Positions 12,460 to 22,783 of a DNA stretch of 64,000 nt are shown here, in pieces; the stretch's first letter is position 1; the number at the start of each line of letters is the position of its first letter. Source of the DNA: Candidatus Izemoplasmatales bacterium (GTDB lineage: Bacteria; Bacillota_I; Bacilli_A; Izemoplasmatales; Hujiaoplasmataceae); the NCBI GenBank assembly GCA_050949045.1, contig JBMNEZ010000001.1:1248001-1312000 (forward strand). Reading direction: 5' to 3'. A program made the position numbers and the translations under genes. The notes beneath the pieces are model-generated. The model was not told the origin of the DNA. It worked only from the letters and a program-made list of their open reading frames with translations, and ran no database searches.

Positions 12460-13449
12460 ATGAAATGGAACATTGCTAACATTTCGATCGACAACCAAAT
12501 TGTTGTCGCTCCGATGGCTGGAGTGACGGATTCTACATATCGTAAGATTCTCAAAGAACATGGAGCCGGATTACTATACACCGAGATGGTATCAGACAAA
12601 GGGATTATTCATCGGAATGAGAAAACACTGGCAATGCTTGTCATCGAAAACCACGAAAAACCGATAGTTCTCCAACTTTTTGGAAGCAATCCGGACACCA
12701 TGGCATTTGCTGCGGGTTATGTGTCCCGAAATTCGAATGCGGATATCATTGATATCAATTTCGGGTGTCCGATCGGAAAGGTTACAAAGGGTGGCGCAGG
12801 AGTAAAATTGATGCAAGACCTCGACCTCTCAGAAAAAATAATTAAAGCAGTTGTTTCCTCTTCTTTGAAACCTGTTACAATCAAGATAAGAAGCGGCTGG
12901 GATAATGAAAATATTAATGCCGTACAACTTGCAAAAAGAGCGGAAACAGCCGGAATCAGCGCTATTGCAGTTCATCCGAGGACAAGAACACAATTGTATT
13001 CAGGGCATTCGGATTGGCGAATAATCAGCGAAATAAAGCGTAACGTAAAAATTCCAGTAATCGGTAACGGAGATATCAAAACGCCAGAAGACGCAATAAA
13101 AATGATTCAAGAAACTAACTGCGACGCTGTTATGATCGGGAGAGGCGTTTTGGGAAACCCATGGCTTATTAAACAAACAAAATCTCTTATTGAAAAGGGG
13201 TTTTATGAAGAACACATACCCCTTGAAGAAAGGAAATATGCAATTATTAACCATCTGGACCTGCTTGTAAACAGAAAAGGGGAACGATTGGCTTTAATGG
13301 AAATGCGGAGCCACGGTCCATGGTATATCAAAGGACTGAAGAATTCTGCGGCGATCAGAGCCGAAATCGTTTCTGCGACATCCTTGAAATGTTTCAAGGA
13401 TATAATTGATCATTACTTTAAGTTTCTCTACGATTGCGGATCTGTGTAA
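12460..13449 (+). CDS. dusB: tRNA dihydrouridine synthase DusB
   Basis: APMAGVTD, DINFGCP, VTIKIRSGW, GNGDI, MIGRG. Confidence 0.93.
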   Translation: MKWNIANISIDNQIVVAPMAGVTDSTYRKILKEHGAGLLYTEMVSDKGIIHRNEKTLAMLVIENHEKPIVLQLFGSNPDTMAFAAGYVSRNSNADIIDINFGCPIGKVTKGGAGVKLMQDLDLSEKIIKAVVSSSLKPVTIKIRSGWDNENINAVQLAKRAETAGISAIAVHPRTRTQLYSGHSDWRIISEIKRNVKIPVIGNGDIKTPEDAIKMIQETNCDAVMIGRGVLGNPWLIKQTKSLIEKGFYEEHIPLEERKYAIINHLDLLVNRKGERLALMEMRSHGPWYIKGLKNSAAIRAEIVSATSLKCFKDIIDHYFKFLYDCGSV

Positions 13450-13518
13450 AAAAAACAGAATATCCCATAAAATAGACATTTACAAGCATTATTTTAAAAA
13501 TTAATTAATATAATAAAT

Positions 13519-13543
13519 ACGCGGAAACAAATAGTTTCCGCGT
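13519..13543 (-). terminator. Hairpin between convergent dusB and hflX (probable terminator)
   Basis: acgcggaaac/gtttccgcgt inverted repeat with an A/T-rich flank. Confidence 0.55.
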
Positions 13544-13618
13544 GCCTTGCATTAAATGTCTTCATATCATTGTTTCAACAAGTGATTGCTATTGGCTGAT
13601 TGAATTGATGAACAATAA

Positions 13619-14860
13619 TCACACAATGTACTTTGCGAACCTTTGTAAGAGGTTTTCTGTCAGTTCGACTTTAAGATTGATGCCTTTTTCAGTATAGGAT
13701 GTCTCCATAATGTTCGCGTTACTTTTTAAAAAGCTGTAAATCTGGCCCTCAGCGAACGGTATAAGGAAGTTAGTAATTTTTATTTTAGGATATAATTCTT
13801 TGTCGATCCTATCTAGCAAGATGTCGATGTTTGTGTTTTGAAGGGCACTGATATAAACTGGGGGCCCGTCAGTTTCTAATGGCGGTGAAGGCACAAGGTC
13901 GATTTTGTTAAACACATTGATAATGGGGATATCAGCTACCCCGATTTCCTTCAATACTTCCTCAACAACCGCCATTTGTTTTTGATAATTGAGGTTGGCA
14001 ACGTCGACTACATGGAGGATCAGGTCTGCTTCCTTGACTTCCTCAAGCGTCGACTTGAATGCTTCGATCAGATTATGAGGGAGCTTGGAGATAAAGCCTA
14101 CAGTGTCTGTAATCACGAAGTTTCGATTATGCTCAGGGCTCACTTCCCGCGTCTGTGTTTCGAGCGTGGCGAACAGCATATTCTTTTCAAACACGTATTT
14201 TTCTGATTTGGATTTGGTTTCTGTCAGAATAGAGTTCATCAATGTCGATTTGCCGGAATTGGTATAACCAGCGATGGCCACAGTCTTGATGCTCGCTTGT
14301 CTGCGCTTGTTTCTTTGTGTTCTTCTGTTTGCGACAACGTCTTTCAGTTCACGTTTTGTTCTTGCGATTTGATCGCGGAGCACGCGGCGATCGAGCTCAA
14401 GCTGTTGTTCACCAGGACCTTTTGATCCTGTGCCGCTTTTTTGTCGCGATAGCGACCGATACATTCCGACAATACGCGGCAAAAAATAGGTTGCTTGTGC
14501 AAGCTCGACTTGTAACATAGCTTCCTTTGTACGCGCTCTCTTTGCAAAGATATCAAGGATTAGGATAGTGCGGTCCACAATCTTGATTTCAAGTTCTTTT
14601 TCCAAGTTGCGAATGTGGGAAGGGCTGAGTTCGTCATCGAAAATCAATAAATTCGCGTCAAGAGTCATAATATCCTGTTTCAAGATTTCAACCTTGCCTT
14701 GGCCAATATAAAAATTTGGTGTCGGAAAATCAGCTTTCTGAGTACAAACACCAACAACTTTGATCGATAGCGCCTTGGCAAGACTATCAAGTTCAGCCAT
14801 CGAATTCTGAAAATCTGTGGAATGGCCCAAATCAAGCCCGACGAGAATGGCTCTTTCCAT
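13619..14860 (-). CDS. hflX: GTPase HflX
   Basis: LILDIFAKRA, GPGEQQLELDRR, GYTNSGKST, DTVGFI, NKID. Start placed at MERAILVG. Confidence 0.95.
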   Translation of the reverse strand: MERAILVGLDLGHSTDFQNSMAELDSLAKALSIKVVGVCTQKADFPTPNFYIGQGKVEILKQDIMTLDANLLIFDDELSPSHIRNLEKELEIKIVDRTILILDIFAKRARTKEAMLQVELAQATYFLPRIVGMYRSLSRQKSGTGSKGPGEQQLELDRRVLRDQIARTKRELKDVVANRRTQRNKRRQASIKTVAIAGYTNSGKSTLMNSILTETKSKSEKYVFEKNMLFATLETQTREVSPEHNRNFVITDTVGFISKLPHNLIEAFKSTLEEVKEADLILHVVDVANLNYQKQMAVVEEVLKEIGVADIPIINVFNKIDLVPSPPLETDGPPVYISALQNTNIDILLDRIDKELYPKIKITNFLIPFAEGQIYSFLKSNANIMETSYTEKGINLKVELTENLLQRFAKYIV

Positions 14861-14987
14861 TTCGGCAAACCCCCTCAAAGTATTATACAACATTTCATTA
14901 CAAACGGATTTCTCACAGATATTTTTATTTTTCTGCATTGTATATATGTTATAATTAATTGATTATCCTGGATGATAGAGGTATTGC

Positions 14988-17900
14988 ATGAAATATAATC
15001 CTCGAAAACAAAAGAAAAAAATCCAGCTTTTAAAAGAAAAGTGGCAAAGGATTACTGAACGCTTAAAAACTCTTATCGATGACCAATTTACGTCAAAAAA
15101 GAAAACGTTCAGGTTTTTGGCGCTTTTTGTCTTTACGCTTTTCTTTGGTATTGAAATTCTGATCATCTTGATCAACAACAGTTTCTACACCAATTTTTCT
15201 GATGACCTATTGCAGTACTACACGATCATCGTTGACTTCATCCAACAAATCAAAACAGGAACGCTGTCGGTTTTCAATCTAAACAATTATCTTGGCGCGT
15301 CTTATTTTTCAGATGTCTATTATATTCCGCTTGACATTTTTACTTTTATCACTTTACTGTTGAGTTATGTAATGCCGATAAACATCGCCTACTCAGTCAC
15401 TGAATTCATTAAAATATTCGCCGGCGTCATGACATTTGCTTACTATCTTTCGCTTCAGGGAATGAAGAACCGAACGATATTTTGGATGGGGATTTTTTAT
15501 TTAATCAGTGGCGGTATGGTCAGTTTTATGGCATTTCCTGCTTTTTTGTCCCTAGTGTTCTACCTCCCGTTTTCCTTACTGGTAATCCATTGGTCTTTTA
15601 AAGGCAAGAAATGGATTATTCCGCTCTATACACTGGCACTTGTCTTGTACAATTTCTATCTTGCCTACGCAGCCCTTATTTTTACGGGAATCATGTTTAT
15701 TGTCGAGTACTTCAAGCGCAAGGATTTCAATTTTTGGCGGTTGTTATTGGACGGAGTCATTTTTCTCGGATTGATGATTTTAGGGCTGATTATGTCTCTC
15801 GGAATTCTCTACCCTTCTATCTTATTTATTTTGGAAGACACTTATCGATCAATTGGAACTTTCGACCCTTGGGTTGTCAATGTCTTCGGTTTGGAGTTGG
15901 AGTTGTTCAAACCGGAGATCTATATACGTTTTTTGGCAAAAATGTTTTCCGAACAAAGACCAATCGCTTTTTATGGCTTTATGCAGGATTATACCAAAGA
16001 ACATGTCTCCCTCTACATAACCATGACCGGATTGACGCTGATGTCCTACGTATACTTCATGAAAGACCGAATCAGCAACATCTACAAGGTATTGATTCCC
16101 ATTGGACTAATTTTGATGCTGTTTCCCATTTTTTCCTATGTATTTTCCGGAACGACCGATCAGCCCTATACCCGTTGGATCAATTTCTATCCCCTAGTCA
16201 TGGTCATGATTCTCGCGCATGTCTTTGATAACTATGGGTTTGAAGAAGTCAAAATGAAATGGCTGACGATACCGATTGTCTTGTTTCTGGCACTCGATGT
16301 TTATTTGATTTATTATTACATCACGAAACTGAAAGCGCTCGGCGATTTCCAATATGAAGATGCACTGACGGCCGACACCTGGATGATGGGAGTCTCCGCG
16401 GTGGTGCTCTTGTTAATGTTGGTGTTTGGCTGGCTGAAAAAGCAAAAGTGGTTCCGTATTCTCTTCTGGGTAGAATTCGTCTTGGGAATTGCTTTTATTT
16501 ATTCAGGGCCGTTTTCGATCAGGAATAAGATCGACACTTTTCAAAATGCCTATGATATCGATGATTTTCTCAGCGAGTCGATCGCCGACGATGAATTTTA
16601 TCGTGTCTATGTTGATTTGACGCGCTTCACGGTTGAACATACCAATTTTAACCGGATGACTTCTTTTCCAACCAATACTCGGATTTTCCATTCTTGGACA
16701 GATTCTGAAACCGATATGCTCGCTCACTTGCTTTTTGGTTCCCAAGAACACCAGACCAAAGAAGTCATTGATGCTCAAGCTATCTATCTCAATCAATTTC
16801 TTGGGTATAAATATTTATTGGCAAACAGCGAATTCACCTATTATTTTGATAGCAATCATTATGAATTGATGCGTGCGAACGACAAATATATGCTTTTTAG
16901 GATTGTCAGGGGGGAACCGTTCCAAGTATATGAATCGTATGTCACCAACCGAGAGTTTATCAATCATCGCAATCGCAATACCAAGGTCGAAGCGCAAAAG
17001 ACGTTATTGCGAACTGGCGTTATCGATGAAGGAAGATATGAGGATCTGCTTCAAGATTTGAATCTCGAGAAAATAGATCTTAATGGATCGAGTTTCACGA
17101 AAGCCCTGTCCGCAAAACGGACGGTCACAAACAAGGAAACAGTCACTATCGCCGGCATTGAAAACACTGCGGAAAGGGAGTTTTTCCGTTTTGACAACGC
17201 AGATTTGAAAATATCTTTTTCAAGTGGAGGTCTTTACATCAAAACTAACGCTAACGTCGACGACCTCGGAGAAGTATTTATGGAATATGCCGACGGAACG
17301 AAAAAGGCTTGTATCGTCACACCCACAGAAAAACATGATGTCAAAGGAGAATTTTGGTCGCAACCGGTCGCGATCTATTTCGAATCAGCCAACCTTTCCG
17401 ATAATTTCAATCTTACCTTGCGACTCGAGATGGCAAGGAATCAAGCTGCCTACCTTGTGTATGATGTCTCATCCATCGACTTCACCCGGGAGACGGGCAT
17501 GCTTTACTTTGACATGTCTCAGGAACTAGAGAAAGTATCATTCGTTGATGAGGATGGAAATGAATATGAAGGATTCAAAAACTATTACTATTTCAACACC
17601 AAACCAGTTACTATGTATATTTTTAAAACATATAATATGTATACTAAAGTCAACGATTTGTTCAATTTTGATTTAAAATACATTTATGATGACTTGAGTG
17701 ATTATGAATTGTTAACAAATCAGTCACTGGCAAAAGACAAGTCGTTGAAAATAAGCGGTGGCAAATTATCGCTTTCATATGAAAGAACCAGTGAAAGTGC
17801 CTACGACCAACTTGTGGTGGTTCCGATCGCCTATTCGGAAGAATGGCAATTCATTTCCGGCGAAGAGTATGAAACCATCAGTGCCAGCGGAGGCTTTCTT

Positions 17901-18086
17901 GGCATTATCATTCCCAACGGCGTTGAAGACGTTAAAATTGAAATGAAGTTCGTTCCCAAAGGACTCAAACATGGATTGTTGGGGTCGGGAGTCGGAATTC
18001 TCGTTTATCTTGGAATCTTTGTCTTGCCTTTGGTTATCAAAAAAACCAAAAGCAGAAAACAAAGCGTTAAGGAGATAGAATCATGA
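14988..18086 (+). CDS. YfhO family integral membrane glycosyltransferase (GT-C type)
   Basis: Multi-TM N-terminal half (D..QY..., LGASY), YRV and YKY segments, and C-terminal VPIAYSEEW...GGFLGIIIP.G...IEMKFVPKGLKHG typical of YfhO. Confidence 0.8.
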   Translation: MKYNPRKQKKKIQLLKEKWQRITERLKTLIDDQFTSKKKTFRFLALFVFTLFFGIEILIILINNSFYTNFSDDLLQYYTIIVDFIQQIKTGTLSVFNLNNYLGASYFSDVYYIPLDIFTFITLLLSYVMPINIAYSVTEFIKIFAGVMTFAYYLSLQGMKNRTIFWMGIFYLISGGMVSFMAFPAFLSLVFYLPFSLLVIHWSFKGKKWIIPLYTLALVLYNFYLAYAALIFTGIMFIVEYFKRKDFNFWRLLLDGVIFLGLMILGLIMSLGILYPSILFILEDTYRSIGTFDPWVVNVFGLELELFKPEIYIRFLAKMFSEQRPIAFYGFMQDYTKEHVSLYITMTGLTLMSYVYFMKDRISNIYKVLIPIGLILMLFPIFSYVFSGTTDQPYTRWINFYPLVMVMILAHVFDNYGFEEVKMKWLTIPIVLFLALDVYLIYYYITKLKALGDFQYEDALTADTWMMGVSAVVLLLMLVFGWLKKQKWFRILFWVEFVLGIAFIYSGPFSIRNKIDTFQNAYDIDDFLSESIADDEFYRVYVDLTRFTVEHTNFNRMTSFPTNTRIFHSWTDSETDMLAHLLFGSQEHQTKEVIDAQAIYLNQFLGYKYLLANSEFTYYFDSNHYELMRANDKYMLFRIVRGEPFQVYESYVTNREFINHRNRNTKVEAQKTLLRTGVIDEGRYEDLLQDLNLEKIDLNGSSFTKALSAKRTVTNKETVTIAGIENTAEREFFRFDNADLKISFSSGGLYIKTNANVDDLGEVFMEYADGTKKACIVTPTEKHDVKGEFWSQPVAIYFESANLSDNFNLTLRLEMARNQAAYLVYDVSSIDFTRETGMLYFDMSQELEKVSFVDEDGNEYEGFKNYYYFNTKPVTMYIFKTYNMYTKVNDLFNFDLKYIYDDLSDYELLTNQSLAKDKSLKISGGKLSLSYERTSESAYDQLVVVPIAYSEEWQFISGEEYETISASGGFLGIIIPNGVEDVKIEMKFVPKGLKHGLLGSGVGILVYLGIFVLPLVIKKTKSRKQSVKEIES

Positions 18087-18997
18087 AAAATATCACGATT
18101 ATCATACCATCATACAATGAAGAACTAAATGTAAAACCATTTTATGACGAGGTCAGGAAATACTTAGATATCCCCGGCTACCTTTTTCGCTTGCTTTACG
18201 TCAACGACGGTTCCAAGGATAACACTCTTGACGAAATCAAAAAGTTGAGGAAGGCCGATAAGACGGTAAATTATCTCAGTTTTTCCCGTAACTTTGGCAA
18301 AGAAGCGGCGATGCATGCCGGTCTTGAGCATTCCAAAGAAAGCGATGCTGTAATCATTATCGACTGTGATCTCCAGCAGCCGCCGTCGTTGATTCCGGAA
18401 ATGATCAAGTATTATGAAGAAGGATATAAAATTGTTTATACCAAAGGCAGAACCAGAAAAGGAGAGCCAAAGCTCAGAACCTTTTTCGCCAACTGGTTTT
18501 ACAAAATCTATAATCGCCACACGGAAATGCCGCTCGACAACGGCGCCAAGGATTTCCAATTGTTAGATCGACAGGTCGTCGAAGCGTTTCTAGCAATCAA
18601 GGACAACTATCGGTTTGTAAAAGGCATCTTTTCCTGGGTCGGTTATCCCCGCAAGTGTATCGAATTCGATTTCATACCGAGAATGCGCGGAAAGAGCACC
18701 TGGAGTTTCAAATCTCTATTGCGATACGCATTCAACGGATTAAACCAATTTTCAACGATTCTTTTGATCGTACCAATGTTATTGGTTATGTTTTCGGTTT
18801 TGTTGCTGGTTGGAGATGTACTCCTTTATGTATTTGACATCTTTGCCCTGAGCGAGTTTCTGCTTGGCTTGCTGATGGTGCTAACAATCTTTGCTTTGGG
18901 AATCATCGCATATGTCCAAATATACTTACTTTATCAAATGCGACGCCAGACTTTTGACCGGCCGATCTATCTGATTCAAGAAAGTTCGGAGGAATAG
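18083..18997 (+). CDS. GT2 polyprenol-phosphate glycosyltransferase (GtrB/CsbB-like)
   Basis: IIIPSYNEE, VNDGSKD, FSRNFGKEAA, DCDLQ and two C-terminal TM helices. Confidence 0.92.
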   Translation: MKNITIIIPSYNEELNVKPFYDEVRKYLDIPGYLFRLLYVNDGSKDNTLDEIKKLRKADKTVNYLSFSRNFGKEAAMHAGLEHSKESDAVIIIDCDLQQPPSLIPEMIKYYEEGYKIVYTKGRTRKGEPKLRTFFANWFYKIYNRHTEMPLDNGAKDFQLLDRQVVEAFLAIKDNYRFVKGIFSWVGYPRKCIEFDFIPRMRGKSTWSFKSLLRYAFNGLNQFSTILLIVPMLLVMFSVLLLVGDVLLYVFDIFALSEFLLGLLMVLTIFALGIIAYVQIYLLYQMRRQTFDRPIYLIQESSEE

Positions 18998-19001
18998 GAC
19001 T

Positions 19002-19496
19002 TTGTTCAAAAAAATCATCAATTTTGTCGTCAAGAATTTCCTAACCCGAAAATTTATTACTTTCGGCACTATTGGCATTATCAATACCGCAATCCATCTC
19101 CTGGTTTACTGGCTGGTTCATAATGCCTTTGCAGATCTGATTGACTCGGATACCTGGCTGGCTTTTGTCGCCAACACCTTTGCTTTCATCAGCGCCTCTG
19201 TATTTTCCTATTTCGCTAATGCCATTTTTACCTTCAAAGTTCATAATCGCAACGCTCTGCAGTTTTTTACGGTGATCATGGTTTTTCTTGCAAGATTGTT
19301 CATCAGCAACATCCTGACGGCAGGATTTGATTTTATAATCATCAATTGGTTTCACGCTGATTATTCATTACAACCGCTAACCAAAATCATCGCTCCGTTT
19401 TTGGGGTCTGTGCTGTTGATTCCGATCGCTTATTTTGCTTTAGATTATGTCTTTCGCAAGACCGGAAATAAAAAAGAAACCAATCCTAGTGCTTAG
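19002..19496 (+). CDS. GtrA family flippase-like membrane protein
   Basis: FITFGTIGIINTAI...ANTFAFI...SYFANAIFTF; four TM helices; follows the GtrB-like gene. Confidence 0.85.
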   Translation: MFKKIINFVVKNFLTRKFITFGTIGIINTAIHLLVYWLVHNAFADLIDSDTWLAFVANTFAFISASVFSYFANAIFTFKVHNRNALQFFTVIMVFLARLFISNILTAGFDFIIINWFHADYSLQPLTKIIAPFLGSVLLIPIAYFALDYVFRKTGNKKETNPSA

Positions 19497-19565
19497 CCTT
19501 TTATTTATTGATAAATTGAGATAGAATATTAATAGGCGCACTGTTTGTTTTTGAGGAGGGAGACC

Positions 19566-20312
19566 GTGGCTTATTTTACATTAATCGCAGTCGTCACTTA
19601 TTTATATGCGATATTTCTATTGACGCTCAGAACGAAAGTCAGCCATAAGGCAATCCGCCCCAGCAAGGGGTTGCTGATTGTTTTTTCGATAGTGCTGATT
19701 ATTGCCTTGGCTCTCGATCCCGGAATCAAGTGGGAACTTGCGTCCAAAATATTTGCGCTCCTACCTCTTCCTTATATTCTGGTAATGATGTATTTGAATG
19801 AAATCAAGGCACTGAACAAAAAAATCGGCTTTTTCAAAAACAAGAAACACCGACTCACAAAAACCGACAATGATCTGGCAGACAAGCTTCTCGAAACTGT
19901 CGATTTTTTGCAAACCCGCAAAATTGGAGCCTTGATTACCATTGAAAGAGAAATCAATCTTTCTGCTTTCATCAGCAAAGCGATGATGATCAACGCTCCG
20001 GTCACGAGCGAACTTCTCGCCTCCATCTTCATTCCAACAACGCCTCTTCATGACGGGGCCGTCATTATTCGCGACAACGCAATCCTCTGCGCCAAAGCAT
20101 ACTTTCCCTCAACCGAAAGAACCGATCTTCCCCTCCATCTCGGAACCAGACATCGAGCGGCCATTGGCATCAGTGAACAAAGCGATTCGCTGACAATCGT
20201 CGTTTCGGAGGAAACCGGCTACGCCAGTGTCGCCATCAATCGCCAATTGGACTACAACGTCAGCAAAGAAACACTGAATCTCTACTTCGAAAAATACCTC
20301 AAAATCAAGTAA
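19566..20312 (+). CDS. cdaA: Diadenylate cyclase CdaA/DacA
   Basis: Three N-terminal TM helices, GALITIER, PLHDGA, LGTRHRAA, VSEETG. GTG start follows GAGGAGG. Confidence 0.92.
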   Translation: MAYFTLIAVVTYLYAIFLLTLRTKVSHKAIRPSKGLLIVFSIVLIIALALDPGIKWELASKIFALLPLPYILVMMYLNEIKALNKKIGFFKNKKHRLTKTDNDLADKLLETVDFLQTRKIGALITIEREINLSAFISKAMMINAPVTSELLASIFIPTTPLHDGAVIIRDNAILCAKAYFPSTERTDLPLHLGTRHRAAIGISEQSDSLTIVVSEETGYASVAINRQLDYNVSKETLNLYFEKYLKIK

Positions 20313-20331
20313 GCGCCTCGGCGCTTTTTTC
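20311..20331 (+). terminator. Intrinsic terminator after cdaA
   Basis: aagcgcc-tc-ggcgctt followed by a T-run. Confidence 0.6.
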
Positions 20332-20409
20332 TTGTTTCGATAATAGTATTTTTCGCCCCCCTATGATATAATTTATAAAGATAATAAGGTCATTCGGGAG
20401 GTGAACCAT

Positions 20410-22758
20410 TTGGAGAAATACGATGTGTTGATCATCGGCAGCGATATCGCCTCTTTGACCGCGGCGCTTTTTCTCGCCAGGAAAATGCGTAGCGTTTCCG
20501 TTTTGATTGATGAAAAAGCCGATGTCATCCCCTCCGCAAGTCTCACTTTGACTGATCCTGAAAACAACAAATACCAGTTTAAATATGATCGTGACGGATT
20601 TCTTCCGGGACTTGATAGCTACGGTCTTGTTCATCAATATACGGAATTGATCGGATTGAAAGACGAGATCAAGGGCGATCTTGTTGAATCCGATTTCATT
20701 ATTCATGAAGACGGATCCGTTAGAAGACGAGATTATGCGTTTGACAGATACAGAGTCTATCTCGTCCGCTATTATCCTAAACAAAGAGATGCCATTCATA
20801 AGTTTTTCCGTGATCTTGAAAATCATTACGACAACTATGTCAGCCAGCAATTGAACATGATCAACAACCGCGACTACACACTGACATCTTTGATGATTGA
20901 GTGGGGCGACTATTCTCTCAAGGATCTTTTGGAAAAATATTTTTCTGATCCAATGATCATCAATGAGTTTTTACTCAACCATCAGATTAATGGAATTGAT
21001 CCGGCACAAGTCAACAGCTATCATTTCTTTTCCCAGATGTTTCTTGAACTCAAAGAAGGACTATGCCGATTACAGACCTCACAGGCGGAAATCAGAGATC
21101 TTTTGATCGAAAAACTTAACATCATTTCCCCAAAATCGGTCCAGAAACGTAGAATTAAAGAATATATCTATGATGATCTTGGAAAAATTACTGAAGTCAT
21201 CGATTATGCAAACAAAAAGATCGTTGCGAAACATTTTGTTGTGAACAGTAAACCCGACCTGTTTTTTAAAACCTATTTTCCTAGTTTTACGGATAACATC
21301 GAGACGATCGAAGCATATTATCCGAATATTCACTCCAAACTGCGGAAAAACACGCTCTATCTTGCCTTGAACAAAAAACCAAGCGCACTTGGAATAACCG
21401 AACTGACTTATCATTTTCCAATAACCATCGAGAAAAAAGCCGGTATTCTGTCACTCTTCAACTACAGCCTCTATGATCCAAAGGCTTGTCCTTCAAAAAA
21501 CGGAATGCTTTGTCTTGATTATGTTTATAACGAAGATACCGCCGTGAAACAAGATGTATTACTAGCAACATTGTATCAATATTTTCCCAAACTTAAAAAA
21601 ACAATAATCGCCATCAAAGAAGGAGTTCCCACACAATTGTTGGCCAATATCAGCCGCGAGGATCTGCGTAAGGGGCTTTCCATTAACAAGCAGATCGAAA
21701 TTGAGGCAGGGGAACACTTGCGGTTTTTTGAGAATTTGCATCTGACCGGCTCTTGGCAGAGACCGGAAGCGGGACTTTATGGCAGTTTCCATAGTGGCAT
21801 CTTTCTTGCCGATCAAATCGAGGAGATACTCTATTTCGGTGATGATGACGACACGTTCTATTACTTGACAAACGATGAGATCATGATGATGATTCGACAT
21901 AATTACGGCAAAAAAACACTTGGGAAAACGGAAATTCACATCAACTTTCATATTGGCAAGACCGATTATTTTGTTAGAACCAAAGCCAAGAATATTACCA
22001 TTCATCATGGTGAATATGCGAATCCCGATCTCTCGATCTACACGACTAACGACAAACTGTCAAATCTGTTATTGAAAAAAGTCACCTTTGATGAGGTGTT
22101 CCAAGGGGGCGGATTCCGCTATACCGGTAGTACCGATTTGTTATATGAAGCGGTATCGGCTTTCGAGTTGGATGACTATCAAGAAGCGAAACCGCGTTTC
22201 CAGCCGCGGACCAAGATCAGAAACCTCGGGTCCTTGTTCTTGTTTGCATATCTTCTTGTATTCAGCGCCGTCGCGCTTGCCCATAATTTCGTCGATATGA
22301 TCTGGCTGGCGCCATTTGCGCTTGGAATTGTTGTTGTACTCGGATTCATCCGACTAAAAACATACCGCAAACTGAACTGGTTTGAATATGCATGGGGCAT
22401 TCTTTACCTATTGATGACAATCTTGGCCATTTTCTGGCCGGCATTTAACACTTGGAGAAACGACGATGTGCTTCTTGGTTTAATGGGAGGCAGTTTCTTC
22501 GTCACTTGGCTCATCAACAAGCCGATTGTCTATGAATTTAGGAAGTATGATTTTCGGCAAGATTATTCTGATTCTAAACTATTCAAAGTCATAAATAACG
22601 GTCTCAATTTTGTCTGGGCACTATTCTTTCTTGTCATTCTGGTCGGAACTCATTTCACCGGAAACGACTATGTAAGCGCCTGGTACAATCTGGTTTTCAT
22701 GGGGATTTTCTTGACTTATGTCTATCCCCTTATCTACGTGAAAACCAACATCAAATAG
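20410..22758 (+). CDS. Multidomain protein: degenerate phytoene-desaturase-like FAD oxidoreductase fold + SCP2 lipid-binding domain + C-terminal multi-TM domain
   Basis: YDVLIIGSDIASLTAA (degenerate Rossmann), FENLHLTGSW...G..GSFHSG, SCP2-like IHHGEYANPDLSI...FRYTG, then about 6 hydrophobic helices. Confidence 0.6.
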   Translation: MEKYDVLIIGSDIASLTAALFLARKMRSVSVLIDEKADVIPSASLTLTDPENNKYQFKYDRDGFLPGLDSYGLVHQYTELIGLKDEIKGDLVESDFIIHEDGSVRRRDYAFDRYRVYLVRYYPKQRDAIHKFFRDLENHYDNYVSQQLNMINNRDYTLTSLMIEWGDYSLKDLLEKYFSDPMIINEFLLNHQINGIDPAQVNSYHFFSQMFLELKEGLCRLQTSQAEIRDLLIEKLNIISPKSVQKRRIKEYIYDDLGKITEVIDYANKKIVAKHFVVNSKPDLFFKTYFPSFTDNIETIEAYYPNIHSKLRKNTLYLALNKKPSALGITELTYHFPITIEKKAGILSLFNYSLYDPKACPSKNGMLCLDYVYNEDTAVKQDVLLATLYQYFPKLKKTIIAIKEGVPTQLLANISREDLRKGLSINKQIEIEAGEHLRFFENLHLTGSWQRPEAGLYGSFHSGIFLADQIEEILYFGDDDDTFYYLTNDEIMMMIRHNYGKKTLGKTEIHINFHIGKTDYFVRTKAKNITIHHGEYANPDLSIYTTNDKLSNLLLKKVTFDEVFQGGGFRYTGSTDLLYEAVSAFELDDYQEAKPRFQPRTKIRNLGSLFLFAYLLVFSAVALAHNFVDMIWLAPFALGIVVVLGFIRLKTYRKLNWFEYAWGILYLLMTILAIFWPAFNTWRNDDVLLGLMGGSFFVTWLINKPIVYEFRKYDFRQDYSDSKLFKVINNGLNFVWALFFLVILVGTHFTGNDYVSAWYNLVFMGIFLTYVYPLIYVKTNIK

Positions 22759-22783
22759 ATTTCAACGAAAGGAGAGACGTCGA

